The position numbers and the translations under genes are program-made. Below are positions 47,202-63,551 of a DNA stretch of 64,000 nucleotides, in pieces. Source of the stretch: the human T2T-CHM13v2.0 reference genome, Homo sapiens; assembly GCF_009914755.1 (NCBI RefSeq), contig NC_060927.1; one strand, given 5' to 3'. Numbering within the stretch: position 1 is the first letter of the stretch; each line of letters starts with the position of its first letter. The notes under the pieces are model-generated. The model had not been told where the DNA came from, searched no databases, and worked only from the letters and a program-made list of their open reading frames with translations.

Positions 47202-47519
47202 TAACTTACCTGCTGGAAGGTGAGTGGCTGGACCAGCGATTCTTGAGGACCACTGCCTTGTTGCTGCATCCAGCCTTCACACACTGGTGGGCAGTTTTGT
47301 TTTACCTAGTGTGGTGGCCAACACCTTATGGTCAAGAGAGACTCAAGGGAAGGAGGAAGGGGGGATAAGCATCCCAGCTGAGGACCAAGGTCGTGCTTGA
47401 CTTCTGCTTGTCATCAGTAGATGGAGATAGCCCACCTCAATTAGTCAAAATCCCTAACTCATATGGGTCTTTCTGGAGGAGCCAGTTCTTATGTAGTTCG
47501 TAATTTGTTTCTTGAATCA

Positions 47520-50500
47520 TCTTTGCTTTTAAAGCATTACGAAATAACTTAGTGCTTTTTTTTCCTAATTTTTAGAAGATACTATTTATTGTAGAAAACT
47601 GAGAAAATCTTGACCATCAAAAAGAAAAAAACAAAAACAGAAAAACACCTATAATTCCACCATGCAGGGGTAACTACAGTAAACAAATACATTGGTGGGT
47701 GTCCTCCTCCAATTTTTCTAAGCACATACAATTTTATTTTTTAATGGAGTCATTTTGTGTACACTGCATGTATACTGTGGCTTTGTATATGAATAACATA
47801 TATTTCTTCACATACCTTGAAACTTTCACTCTAATTAATATTTTCCTATAAGGTAATTATTTGTGACTGAAGTTGCCCATGGATGCCATGTCACCTTTAA
47901 TGCCTATTGTTATAGATTTAGTTTGTTTTCAGTTTTTCATTCTTAAATACAATGTGAGGAACTTATTTGTGGCAAAATTTTTCACACAGCAATATTATAA
48001 ATATTTTCTCTTATACAAGTAATCATTTTATTGCTGAAAAATGTAAGTTAAGGCAAGAAAAAAATTAAACACCTGAAATGTTACCATTCAGAAATCATAG
48101 CTATATACCTTTCAGTGCCTACCCTCACAGATTTAATTGTGTGCATGTGTTTATATCTATACATAAATAGATACATTGAATAAAGTCTGTAAGTCTGGTA
48201 TAAATATATTTTTATTAAAACAATACTATTTTCTAGCCTGCTTTTTCTTAATAGATAATGACCATCCTTGTCATTAAATAGTGTTCAATATTATCATTTT
48301 ACTGCTTTCTAATAATACATTGTATAAGTGTCTAACACTCATCCTGTTGTTTATTTGAGTTTTTCCTGGACCGTTCTTCTTTTTCTTATTTTTTGCAGGA
48401 GTTCTTTAAATAGTAAAGATATGAAATTTTTTGTCATGTTGCAAATATCTTTCCTGGATTATTCATTTTTCCTTGGGACTTGTTTGAGATAAGTTTTTTC
48501 CTCTTTATTTTCATAATTATAAAAATAAAACATAATTTGTATTAACATTAGAAAATACAGATAAAAGGAAAAATAATTAAAATGAAATAACCCTAAATCC
48601 CACCAACTAAAGATAACCACTACTAATATTTTAGACTGTATCTTTCTAGTCTTTCCTATTTCCCAATATAGATGAGTAGGACCATATAAGTATGATATAT
48701 TTTTTAAAATTGGGATTATTCTACATATAATTGTGACCTACTTTATGCACTAAATTGATTTTGAAAATCTTTCTATGTCAACACAAATGAACCTGTACCA
48801 TTATGTATTAATTTTATTTTAAAAATAGAAAATGCTTTTACACAGTTCAAAAATCAAAACAACATTAAAAAGCATACGTTCCCACACATCCCCATTCACT
48901 TGGTTCTCTGCCTTCCCTTCCCATAGGTCACTGCTTTTCCTAGTTACAAGCAAATGCAAATATATATTCCCTATCCTTTCTTACACGGAAGATAACACAC
49001 TGTATACGCTATTGGGCACCTTACTTTTTTTGTTTTTGTTTTTTGTAGAGACTATTACTTTTTAGCAGTTTTAGTTTCACAGCAAAATTGAGAGCAAGAT
49101 TCAGAGACTTCCCATATGTATCCTGTCTGCACACATGCATAGCCTCCTTCACTTATCAACATCCCCCACCAGTTGATACATTTGTTACAATTGATACATT
49201 TGTTAAAAAGTATCAATTGTAACAATAATAAATGTATAATAAATAATGATGTATCAATGTTAATACATTTGTTAAATGTATTAATTGTAACAAATGTATC
49301 AACTTTTGTAACAAATGTAATACATTTGTTAAATGTATTAACAAATGTATAATAAATAATAATGTATCAGTTGTAATACGTTTGTTAAATGTATTGATTG
49401 TAAAAAATGTGTCAACTTTTGTAACAAATGTATTACATTTGTTAAATGTGTCAATTGTAACAAATGTATCAACTGGTGGGGGATTAATATACAATTAATA
49501 CATTTGTTACAGTTGATAAACCTACATTGGCGTCATTATCACCAAAGACCATATTTTACATTAGGGTTCACTCTTGGTGTTTTTTATTCTGTGAGTTTGG
49601 ACAAATGTATCATGACATATATCCACCACTATAGAATCATACAGAGTATTTTCACTGCCCTAAAAATCCCCCGTTTCCACCTGTTCATCCCTCCCCTCTG
49701 GCACCTTCCTTAAAAAAACAAAACAAGGCCGGACACAGTGGCTCACGCCTGTAATCTCAGCACTTTGGGAGGCCGAGGCGGCCGGATCATGAGGTCAGGA
49801 GATCGAGACCATCCTGGCTAACATGGTGAAACCCCGTCTTTACTAAAAATACAAAAAATTAGCTGGGCCTGGTGGCAGACACCTGTAGTCCCAGCTACTT
49901 GGGAGGCTGAGACAGGAGAATGGCATGAACATGGGAGGCGGAGCTTGCAGTGAGCCGAGATTGGGTCACTGTACTCCAGCCTGGGAGACAGAGCGAGACT
50001 CTGTCTCAAAAAAACAAAACAAAACAAAACAAAAACATATATAACCAAAAAAATTTCATGGCATGTAGTGGAGACTTCTCATATCAGTATATAGAGAGCT
50101 TCCTGGTATTTCATGGTATGGATGGATCATAATATCTAACCAACCCATATAATTGGACATTTGAAATATTTCTGATAGTCTGCTATTATACTTAATTCTA
50201 TAATATGTACATATGTCATTTCTGTCCATATGCAAATATATTTGCAGGAAAAATTCTGAGAGTAGGACTGATGAATCAAGGGGAAAATAGATTAGCAGTA
50301 ACATCAATAGAAAATACCAAATTGCCCTTCATAAGGGTGTACCATGTTGCACTCCTGCCAGCAAAGAATGAGGGTATCTGTTTCCCTACAACATTAGCGA
50401 GTGAGTATATTTTGGATATGTGCAAATCTGATAGGTGAAAAGTGAGTATATCATTGCAATTCCTATATAATTTGCTCTCCTGTTATTATAGATGAGGTTG

Positions 50501-51770
50501 AACATTCTTTCATATGCTTAAAAGCCATTTGTGTTTTTTTTCTGAAAATGGGTACCTTTTTATTGGGATATTGGTTTTGATTTATAGAAACAAATATGTA
50601 TTAGAGTGATTAGCCTTTTGTGAAATGAGTTGTAATTTTTTTTTCAGTTAACCATTTATTTTTCTACTTTGCTCATGGGGTTTTTGCCATGCAGGAGTTT
50701 TAAGATTTTTATGTAGATGTATTTTTCAGTCTTTTATTTCATGACTTCTTGATTTTTGAATCAGAAAGGTCTTCACTGCTCCAAGATTATAAAAGAGTTC
50801 TATTATTATTCTGGCAATTTTATGGTTTTATTTTCCACATTTATATCTCTGGTCCAGCTGAAATTTATCCTGGCGTACTGTGAGAAATATTGATCCAGCT
50901 TCTATCTTTTTCCAGTTAGCCAAATACGATTTATTTAAAAATCTATCTTTGTCTCACTGATTTGATATTTTTCAAAGACCAAATTCTCATATTTCCTTGG
51001 GTCTGTTTCTGTGCTTTCTAGTCTGTTCCATCGGTCTGTCTATACAGCACCATTTTTGATAGCTATATAGTATTGCTTTTTATGTGTAGCATAATTTATT
51101 TGACTAATTTATTTTTGTTAAACTTTCAGGTTGCTTCCGGTTTTTCAATATTCCAAACAGTGTATCAGTGAATAAAATCCTTGCACATATGCATTTGTGT
51201 GTATAGTGAATCAATCCTGTCCTTTCCATTTTTATACATGGAATTTCTGGGTCAAAGATATGTGCCTTCTTAGGCTTTTTTCATACATATTGCCAAAATG
51301 CCTTTATACCAGTTTACACCCCCTCCAACCGTGAGTGAGTGCAAATTCCCCCACCCGCGCCAGCTCTTCAGTATGATAATTCTTTTTAATCATTGCCAAT
51401 CTGATCAGCAAAAAAAGGTCTCTTATTGCCGTTTTAATTTTCTTTCCTTTGAATGTTAGTGAGGCTGAATATTGTTTCAATTTATGGTGGGTTTTGATGT
51501 ACAGAAGTTTTTGATTTTTTTTGTAGTCAAATCTATTAATCTTTTCCTCTATGGTTTCTACTTTTGTTGACATGTTTAGAAAGTCCTTCCCCATCCTAAG
51601 ATTATAAAATATTCACTCATATTTTCTTCTAGTACCTTTATGATTTCATTTCCTTCTTTATCCATCTGGTATTCATTTTGACAAATGGCGTGAGCTGGGA
51701 AATAACGTGTATTATTTATTTATTTATTTCCCAGATGGGTACTCAATTCTTTCATCACTGTTAAAAAGCA
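47520..51770 (-). mobile_element. Patchwork of ancient L1M fragments (with AluY at 49727-50035, +)
   Basis: AT-rich L1 antisense motifs: ttttagtttcacagcaaaattgag, gatgaggttgaacattctttcatatgctta, gaatttctgggtcaaag, tagtcaaatctattaatc. Confidence 0.7.
49161..49484. repeat. 41-bp inverted repeat enclosing a ~113-bp tandem duplication
   Basis: atcccccaccagttgatacatttgttacaattgatacattt (49161-49201) versus its reverse complement at 49444-49484 (1 mismatch). Confidence 0.9.
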
Positions 51771-51774
51771 CGTA

Positions 51775-51777
<3 letters not shown>

Positions 51778-51813
<36 letters not shown>
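51778..51813. repeat. (TG)n microsatellite
   Basis: Direct reading. Confidence 0.96.
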
Positions 51814-51815
<2 letters not shown>

Positions 51816-52514
51816 CTATTCCTAAAGTGAACATCTTGAACAGCTGGACACTGAAGGTAACGCAGCTCTAGACTTTGGGTCATCATTAGAAATACCAGCT
51901 TAACAGGCAGAAATATCAGCTTAACAGGCAGATGTGGCACTTTCTAACAGATGTGAGCTTTTGAATCAAACGGATTGACATTTGACATTCAAATCCAGCT
52001 TTGCAGCTCACTGCTGGTGCAACTTTGAGCAAACCAAGGATCCTCCCTGTGTCTTGGTATCTTCACCTATAAAATGGGATAATAATACTTACAGGGCTGT
52101 AATGAGAATTAAATGAGCTAACGTTTGTAGCAACTGTCTACACACGCCTTTCACATCACGGACAGTCAATATTTATCACTTGCCCTTCACACTGCAGCCA
52201 TCATGCTCCCTCCTCCCCATCAAGTGAGCCCTCAGGCCTTGACTGTAAATAGGATATGCTGGAGTGGGGAGAGGTTGGATGCTGTGCTTGCTTTTTATAG
52301 GTTTTCTATCTTTACCCTGTGATCAGACTTCCATGTGTTCTGTCTTGCTGCTTTTAGTGTCTTTTCATTAACAGCCTTTCTCTCCCCTTCTAAAAGCACT
52401 GCTTTTAATCTTATAACAGCTAGAAAACCAGACAACAGGATTGTTCGAAGTATATATAAATTAAGAGTAACTGGGATCTGAGTGAGAGCCTGAGGGCCTC
52501 TCCTATTGTATAAC

Positions 52515-52695
52515 GTGGTGGTTCTCATCTCTGGCTGTACATTAGAATCACCTGGGGAGCTTTGAAAACATATCCATGCCTGGGTCCTACTCCAGATCAA
52601 TTAAATCAGAACCTCTGGTGGTGGGGTCCAGGCATGGGGGTGTTTAAAAACTCCGCGGGTGATTCTAAAGTGCACGCAGGGCTGAGAACCATTGC
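52515..52695. mobile_element. MER5A
   Basis: gtggttctca...ggctgtacattagaatcacctggggagc...gtgattctaa...gctgagaaccattg with terminal inverted repeats. Confidence 0.85.
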
Positions 52696-53146
52696 TCGCG
52701 CGCACAGGCTTTGTGAGATCCACATTTACTACTGAGAGGTTTTTCCCTCTGGTTCTCTCCCAAAGTGTGCCCCAAGTTGGGGTAGCAGCTCTGTGGAGCC
52801 AAAGGCCAGATGGTGGAGGTGTCAGCGATGTTTAGGCTGCTGCTGTGCTTGCTAAAGTGAGCGGCCCCAACACTCAGGTCTGTGTAAGAGCACGTTCCTC
52901 AGGGCTTTCGGAGATGATGTCAGTTTCTCTTTAAGATGGAGCTGTTTTAGTCCCCGTCCTGATGCAGCTTCCCCTGCCTCTAGGGGCTTCCTGGGACCAT
53001 GCTGACTTTGACTCCTGAGGAGAGTGGAAGATAATGAGAAATAAATCTTGAGAAAACACCTTTAGTTTTTATTTCTATTTTGTTTATTTGCGTATTTGTT
53101 CTCTTTTTCTCTTGGCTCCTTCTCTGTCCTCAAAAACGTATGTAGG

Positions 53147-53499
53147 TGATATAGTTTGGCTGTGTCCCCACCCAAATCTCAACTTGAATTGTGGCTCCCA
53201 TAATTCCCATGTGTTGTGGGAGGAACCCAGTGGGAGATAACTGAATCATGGGGGAGGTTTCCCCCATACGGGTCTCATGGTAGTGAATCAGTCTCATGAG
53301 ATCTGATGCTTTTATAAGGGGTTTCCTCTTCCATTTGGCTCTCATTCTCTCTTGCCTGCCACCACGTAAGATGTGCCTTTTACCTTCCGCCATGACTGTG
53401 AGGCCTCCCCAGCTATATGGAACTGTGAGTCTCTTTTTCTTTATACATTACCCAGTCTCAGGTATGTCTTTATTATCAGGGTGAAAATGGACTGATACA
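53147..53499 (+). mobile_element. THE1-family MaLR solo LTR
   Basis: TGATATAGTTTGGCTGTGTCCCCACCCAAATCTC...GGACTGATACA, with 5-bp TSD GTAGG at 53142-53146 and 53500-53504. Confidence 0.93.
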
Positions 53500-54992
53500 G
53501 TAGGTGACATGTGTCCAGCCTGCTTGGTTCCCAACTTTGCTGGATCCATTCTATCTGTGGACGGAGCCACTATCTCTGAAAGGTACACTTACCCCCATCA
53601 ACTATTGGTGGGCCCACTTTGTCTCCTGGCAAATAGATACAAAATGTGCTCCCTGCAGCCTACAAATTGGGCACCAACATCACAGCTCCTTGCTACCAAG
53701 TCAGCCTTCATGCTATTCTCAAATTCTAATAACCTGCCAGGGGGCTTAGCCCATGGGCTTGAGACCCCTTCCTGGTGTCTTACCTGGTTCATCTAAAACT
53801 AGGGCCTCCCTGGCTCCACCAGATCCTGTGGAGGAAAAGTCGCCACCTTTTCTAATGAATTAAAGCCCATTCCTGCAAGCTTAGCAATAAAGGGAGAGTC
53901 TCTGTGTGGAGAGGAGTGACTAGAATTTCCCCTTGAGATTTCTCACCCATCATCCCCACCCTTCAACACACACAGGGTAGCTGAGACCAGGCTGGATTCC
54001 TCAGACCAGCCTTTACCACAGGTTGGGGAGAACAACAGAAATAAACAGAGAGAGTAACATGAGCCTATAAAATCTGGTTTACAAGATACGACTTGATTGT
54101 GAGGGCTCAGGGCCTGCCTTCACCAGTGTGGGGGCTGCCTCCGCGTGGTCAGTGCCATGGCACCAGCCCTGGCCTCGGGGCAGAAGCTGGGACAGCTGTG
54201 CTCTTGAAAGTTCAGATGGACCCACTAAATAAAGAATGAAGCTGAGAAGGAAATGAGAGTTCCCCTTGGGTCTGGTGCCACCATCTGAATCCCAGAGTTC
54301 TGTTTGAGGATCTGTCTCTTCCTGGGATGATTAGAAATGATTGCTCCTTTTGGTGGTAAATAAACCTCAGATTCAAGTGAGGTTTTTTGATCATTAAGGC
54401 TGCATCAAGAAGGAATGGGGTGGGCAAACACTAGCTTACTACCTCACCCCAGTGCCTTGACCAGTCTTGCTAGAAGTGCGGTTTTATATCCGCAAAAGAC
54501 AGTGGCTTTTCTTTAGATACATTCAGTTGAGAGGCGAAATGTTACAACCTTGTGAAATACTCTGTGATGTTCACAGTGGAGCAAGAGGTGAGCAAACTGA
54601 GGGTTATTTGCAAAGAATGCTGATGATATTCTTTTCAAAGAGCTCCCAATAATCGTCCAGGGAAGAAAAATACAAGGGTGTATCAGTTTGGAGAGACTTT
54701 TTTTTTTTTTTTAACTTGGAAGTCTGTGCGACAGCTCTGTCTGTTTTGGTGCTGATTTCTTCTTCACTCTCTTCAGGAGAGATCTCATCCGCTGTCCACT
54801 GGGGAATGGCCTTGCCCTATGGCCCCTACCAAACAAAAACGTAGCAGAACACAGCAAAACAGCAGAGTCGGAATGTGAAGTGCTGATAGAGTTCCCTAAC
54901 GCTGACTGTCTGCTCTGCATTTCTGGAGATTGTATGCCTGTCATCCTGCATTCCTTGGTAGGCTACCTATTGGATAACCCCATAAACTCTGG

Positions 54993-56163
<1,171 letters not shown>

Positions 56164-56460
56164 TCTAGGTGACCTCATGGAGAATATTTGATTTTATCTC
56201 ATTTTCACAGCAAATTCATTTCACTAGGTCCTATTATGATCACCATTCTGCATTGGAGGAAGCCGAGTAACAGAGACATGAGGTAACTTGCCTAAGGCCA
56301 CATATCTAGAAAAGCGGGGAGCTAGAGCTCTAGAGCCCTCTTGCTATACCAGTTCACTATTCCACCTTCCACCCACCATGTCTGCCCAATCTTCCATGAT
56401 TTGTCCAGGTGCCGCAGGGCCTTTCTACCTGGAAGCCCACCCTCTGCCCCTGTTAGCCTT

Positions 56461-56773
<313 letters not shown>

Positions 56774-57015
56774 CCCTGCTAGGCTTCTTGCAGGGTCCAC
56801 TGGGGACACTGACTGGAAGGAAAAAAATGACTTTTCCCTTTTGGATAGAATTTTAACAGAATAAATAAAAGGGAAGAATTTTGCAAAGAGCAGATCCCCA
56901 TAAATTTTGCTGAAAGAATGAATGAATGATTTGGTAACGTATCGGGGAGAGTACTGCTGGGTCCTTTGGAAGAGCCCCTGGGCTTTTAATAATTGATTTC
57001 AGCAAACTTATGTGA

Positions 57016-57545
<530 letters not shown>

Positions 57546-57820
57546 GGGGTCTTCTTCAAATAACAGCCTTTCCTCTGGCCCTTTGGTCTGTGATCTGACT
57601 GACCCCCTGTGTCCTGGTCTGAGGAACACCAGCTCCTACAACTGACAACCACAAAGGGATGCTGCACTTTTTCCCCGTGGGTCTCTGGCAGGGTCTCACT
57701 CTGAGCTACAACTTTTTCTTTCCTTCACTCAGCAAATGTTTTCTGAAGGCCTGCTTTGTGCCAGATTCTGGGGTGCAGGGATGAGCAACGACACATTGTC
57801 CCATCCCACACTGATCTCAG

Positions 57821-57951
57821 GTGCTTTCTTCCTCAACTAAACCATATACCCTTCCTGGAGGTGACTTGGGGGGCCATCCCTCAGCAGAAGCCAGACTCCT
57901 CACTCTACCCCATTCCAAACCTTCCCCTCAGACCCACAAAAGATACTCAAC
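57821..57951 (+). repeat. Dispersed direct repeat B, copy 1
   Basis: Matches 60293-60418. Confidence 0.75.
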
Positions 57952-58165
57952 TTCAGTCACCCTCTGCAGACTCAGATTTAGTACAAATGACTGGCTTTTG
58001 CAGTAGTGTGGGAAGAGCTGCAACAGGAGCATACAGAAGCTCTGGGAGCCCACGGGGAAGGGCAGCTGAACCAGCCTGGGGTGAATAGGGAAGCTTTCCT
58101 GGAGGAGGGGATGCCTGAGTGTAGTCCCAAGGAATGGCTATGATTTGGCAAAGGCAAAGGATGAG

Positions 58166-58633
58166 TGCATTGGTCAGGGTCCTAAAAGGGAACAGGCCCC
58201 CTTAAGTTAGGATGATTTGATGAGGGTTTATGCACAAAGAGGTTATTTGCAAAGGTTTAGGCAGAGTGTGGGAGAACAACACAAGATAGTACAGAAACTC
58301 AGGGTCAGTGGCAGCAGAGCTGTTTCCACCCCTAGGCCAGAAGACATGGGAGAGGGGCAGCCTGTACCCTGGAAAGAGGGAGAGTCGTGTCATTCAGGTC
58401 AGCTTCCCTCTAGGGAATCAGCCAGCCTGATGCAACCTTACAAGGAGGGAATCAATTGCCTTGACCTCATTCTTTCCTGTCTTCCAAACTCTTGCTGGTG
58501 GTCCCCATTGGCCAAACCCAACCAGGAGCCAGAGGGCACTGGAGCTGATTGATGTGATCTATACAGGGCAGACTTTGGGGCACAGAGCAGGCTGGAGAGT
58601 GGATCTGGCGTGGTAAGCAGAAGATATCCAGCA
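58166..58633 (-). mobile_element. Ancient ERVL-type solo LTR (LTR33-like) within L2 sequence
   Basis: tgcattggtcagggtcc...ccacccctaggcc...cattggccaaacccaaccaggagccagaggg...gatatccagca. Flanks resemble antisense L2. Confidence 0.6.
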
Positions 58634-60292
58634 TGCTGGGTCAGGGAAGGCCTTTCTAAGAAGAGGAGAACAATTTGTGAAGGCCCCATTCTTACACAAG
58701 AATGTGTAAGTTGGGGAAATGTTTTCTTTATGTCTGGAGTAGAGTGAGTAGGAATGGGGGCGTCCATCATGAAAGGCCTTGCATGTCTTTCTAACGAATG
58801 TGAAAATTTATCCCAAAGGCGATGGGAGCCACTGAAGCATTTTTGGCAGGAGGTGACCTGATCAGATTTGTGTTCTGAAATGATCACTCTCGCCCTAGTG
58901 TGGACGTGGTCTGGAGGAACACTTCAGACTAGAGATGGTGAGGCCTGAACCAAGACAATGGCGATGGAGAAAGAGGTGGATTGATTTGAGAAATGTTTAG
59001 GAAGTAGTCTCAAAAGGCGATGAAGGATTGAATGTGGAGGATGAAGGAAAGGGAGACGTCGAGAGCAGTGTCTGGGTTTCCACTTGAAGCTCAGGCTCAG
59101 GAGGGAGCGTGAGGGAGCAGGTTGCCTGTCCAGCTGTTGCTTCCTCGATTTTGCTTTCTGGATTTGGGAGAAAGCTTAGATTGGCCCTCATTAGCAGGAC
59201 CTCAGGCTTTCAAGGGGGTCTTGGAGGGGCTTCCTAGCCATGCCACAGGTTGGCCTCCCTTGGTTGTCTCGAGAGCACGCCAAACTAGAGAGCAGGCGAA
59301 GTCACCTTTTGCTGCCACCCTGGGACCTACTGAGCCGGGACCTGCTCTCTCCCACCCCCTGCCCCTTCCCATATGGACAGGGGATGTGTTTTCTTTTAAC
59401 TTGCTTCATTGCAGGAGCAAATGAGGTCCAGCTGAGGGGAGGGAACCAGCCATGGTGACAGAGCATGGGCTGTGTGAGCTTGGGTGAGAGTGGGGGCCCT
59501 GTCACCCTCAGTTTCCTTCCACTGGCTTTTCAGACAGCTGTGGTCCCTGTAGGCTCAGATTTCATCCCTAGCAATTCTGAAGAACCTGCTATCCAGTAAC
59601 AGGTCCCATTCCTTGGAGTTCTTTACCTAGAAACCTGGAATAATTTTCTTTTGTTGCAGAGGAAAATGGTGAGGTTGTTCTTTCATGGTCTAAGAACTTG
59701 AGTAGTCATGGCAACGCATGAGGGTGGGGTGGGTGAGGTGGGGGCGTCTTAGCAGTGTTTCGTTTCAAATGCCAGATTAAAGGAAAAGCGTCTTTGGAGT
59801 TCGCCTCATTAAGACATAGCTCAGTGCAGTCTCGTTGATGGTTCTCCAGCTCATCATTTTACACATTACATTTTCCCTACATTTCCTCGCCTGATGGGCA
59901 GTCTTCTGGGACTTCTCCCTGAGAATTTTGGCTCCGAGACTTCTCCAAGAATTTCAGCTCATTTCTGGCAAGAGCGTTGGTGGGGGTGACTCTTTTGTTC
60001 CTGTCGAGGACCTTGTCTTGTAAGTCCTTTGCTTCCAATGGGACTGCCACTTTAAAAAGCCAAAGGTAACATGTTTATTGAGAGTTTGTTCTGGCTACAA
60101 AAAGAAAGATGGTGATTGAGCAGCCATTTCCTTTTCACACTATACTTTTGGTCCAGGATCTTTCTCTCAGAGTTTGGCCAGGTCAAGCCCAAAGCTGGCT
60201 CTGGGGATCTAGGCCATCCTTCCGACTGCCCTTCCGGGACGCGTCTTGGAGAAAGTAAAGGTGGAAATGTTTAACCTAGACACTGGCTGCAA

Positions 60293-60418
60293 GTGCTTTC
60301 TTCCTCAGCTGAACCTTATCCCCTTGCTTGAGCTGACCTGGGGGTCCTTCTTCTTGAGGAGCCACTCCCCACCCTGCTCCAGTCCAAACCTCTCCTATAC
60401 CCGCAAAAGATACTCAAC
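60293..60418 (+). repeat. Dispersed direct repeat B, copy 2
   Basis: Matches 57821-57951. Confidence 0.75.
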
Positions 60419-60818
60419 ACATTAGAGTTGCCCAGTTATCAACTAAAATATTTCCCAAGTCCTCATTTATGCTTTCCAGTGGTCACCTAGATTCTCCTTG
60501 TGATTAATGTTCTTATTAACCATAGCCCTCATGTGCTGAATACTTACTAAGAGGCCAGATTTCTATTTATCACCTAATTTAATAGTCACCAACAACCCCG
60601 TGAGGCAGGTACTAGCAGTCTCATCTTACAGAGGAGGGAACTGAAGTCCCCCAAAGCTAACTTGTCTAGAACCAAATAGCTAGTAAGAGGTAGAGCTGCG
60701 ATGACGTGGGGTCTGTCTGGTGACACACAGTGCTCTCTCCACTAGGTGACACAGCCTACATCCTCAGCTGCTTTCACCCCGTCTCACCTGATCACAGCAC
60801 ACATTCCCACCTGCATGA

Positions 60819-61202
<384 letters not shown>

Positions 61203-63187
61203 CCAAAGCTCCCCTTTCATTGCTCCCGTACTAGGCTCCCCTGCTGGGCTCAGTTTTGAGGGTACAGAGACCATGACAGTCTTGTTCACCCTGGTATCTA
61301 TAGGGCTTGGCCTGTAGAAAGTGCACAAGTAATTACTTACTTACAGAGTCAATGGAAATATCTTTCTTCCACCAGCGCCCCCCCAACAACATCCCCCTTA
61401 TTCTTTCTCTTCTCCCTTCCCAGCTACAGCCACAAGCTGTCTCCACCATCAGATGTGGCTTACCTGGTTCCTGAGTCAATTCCATCCAGGTAGGAGGAAT
61501 CCTATCAGAAAGTATGTGAGTGCGTTTGCAGAGTGCATTCCTGTGGAGCCCCCTTATCTCTGGCTGCATCTGCTTCTGCAGGGAGAAAGTATCCCTGCTG
61601 TGAGAGGTCTGGGATCTGGAGTACAGAGGGTAAGCCCTGGGCCCCCACTTACCCCCGGGGTCCCATCCTCACTCACCTCCCTCCTGTATCATCCTAGTCC
61701 ACAGAGTAGCTTTTCACTAAGCTCTTACTGGATTGGACTCTTCATATACATTATCTCATTTAACCATCACGACAACCCCAAAGGCAGACAGTAGTATCTC
61801 CATTTTATAGGAGAGGAAACTGAGGCTTGAAGGGATTACGTCACTTGCTAAGGACTCACAGGGATTTGAACAGGGGCTTCTCTGTGGTCGCAGCCTTTGT
61901 GATGTTTCCTTCTCACACGGGCTGGGCTTCTGCCGTGTTCTACCCATCTAACCTGGGAAGCCCTCCTGATTTCTGGGGACCTGACAATCTCAGGAGCTAA
62001 TCATCATGGTTAGAATAGGTACAATTTTGTGAGCATCCATCTATACCAGAAGCTCCACAAATGGCCTGATTTAACCTTCATCCCTGTGAAGTAGGTGCTA
62101 GGATTCTCTCCGCTTTGCAGATAAGGAAACCGAGAAGTTAAGTGTTACCGCCAGTGTTGTACAACTGCTGAAGGGGGGGAACAGGATTCAAACCAGGCTT
62201 GTCTGAGACTGAAACCCGTGTGCTATACTACTCCTTCTAAGGGTGTCTGACAAGGGCTGGACTCTGATCGTCGTCTGCTCCCCTTTGGGAACCCTGCTTC
62301 TAGCTGGGGTCCAGCCACCCAGAACCAGGTTGTAGCTGCCTTCCTGCTACTGACCTCCCATTGGCTCCACCCCACCTGCCTGATGGGCCAGCCTCCCAGC
62401 CCCACCTGAACGGAGCACACTTCTGTGCCCCTCTAGTGCTGTGCTTGGCCACGTGGCAGCCAAATCAGTTTCTCTGGCCCAGCTTCCTCCGGTCCCCAAC
62501 CCTGCCCTCCGGTGTCTGTGGCGGTCGCCATGTGCGTGGAGAGGTTTTCGTGTGATTCTTTCCACCACCATCCGCCAGCTGGTTGGGCTGCTACCTGCTC
62601 TAATCCCTGCACAGCTCTCTAAGGTGGGCTAAGCGAGTGTCAGCACCTCTCCCTGGCTTCTTGGGCTTCATGTAGCTCCCTCACTTCTATCCACCAGTGA
62701 CAGCCCTGGTACCCCCCTTCTGAGACCAGTCTCTATGGCTGAGCCTGGCTCAATGCCTCCTCAGCACTAGAGCTCATGCTTCCTGCGGCCCCCGGCTGCT
62801 TGCTGACCAGAATGCCTGCGTTCCACCCTGTTCTGCCATCTGATGCCTGCCTGAGTGTCTGCACTGACTCCTGTCTCTTGTCTTCCTCTGACCCCTGAGC
62901 AGCACAAGCCCCTAAGCCTCAGCATGTCCCCACAAGCCCCAAGCCCTGCCTCATGACCCTTGCCTGGTCTCACCCCACTTGAGTGGACATTTTCCAGCCT
63001 TTTCCCTCAACATCTCTCAACTTGGACTCTGCTCCCCATAAAGCAGAATCAATGACTCACCTAATAATATGTGCTGGGAGTCTATGTGCAAGACATTGTA
63101 TAGGGCACTGAGACCTCCCAGCTGTCCCCTGACTCTCAGGCCCGCCATCTCTCACTCTTTGTGGTTGGTTTTTGCTGTTTTCCTTGA

Positions 63188-63551
<364 letters not shown>

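Noticed and set aside
51896-51932. Short duplication cagcttaacaggcaga x2
   Set aside because: Ordinary slippage-type micro-duplication with no sign of function
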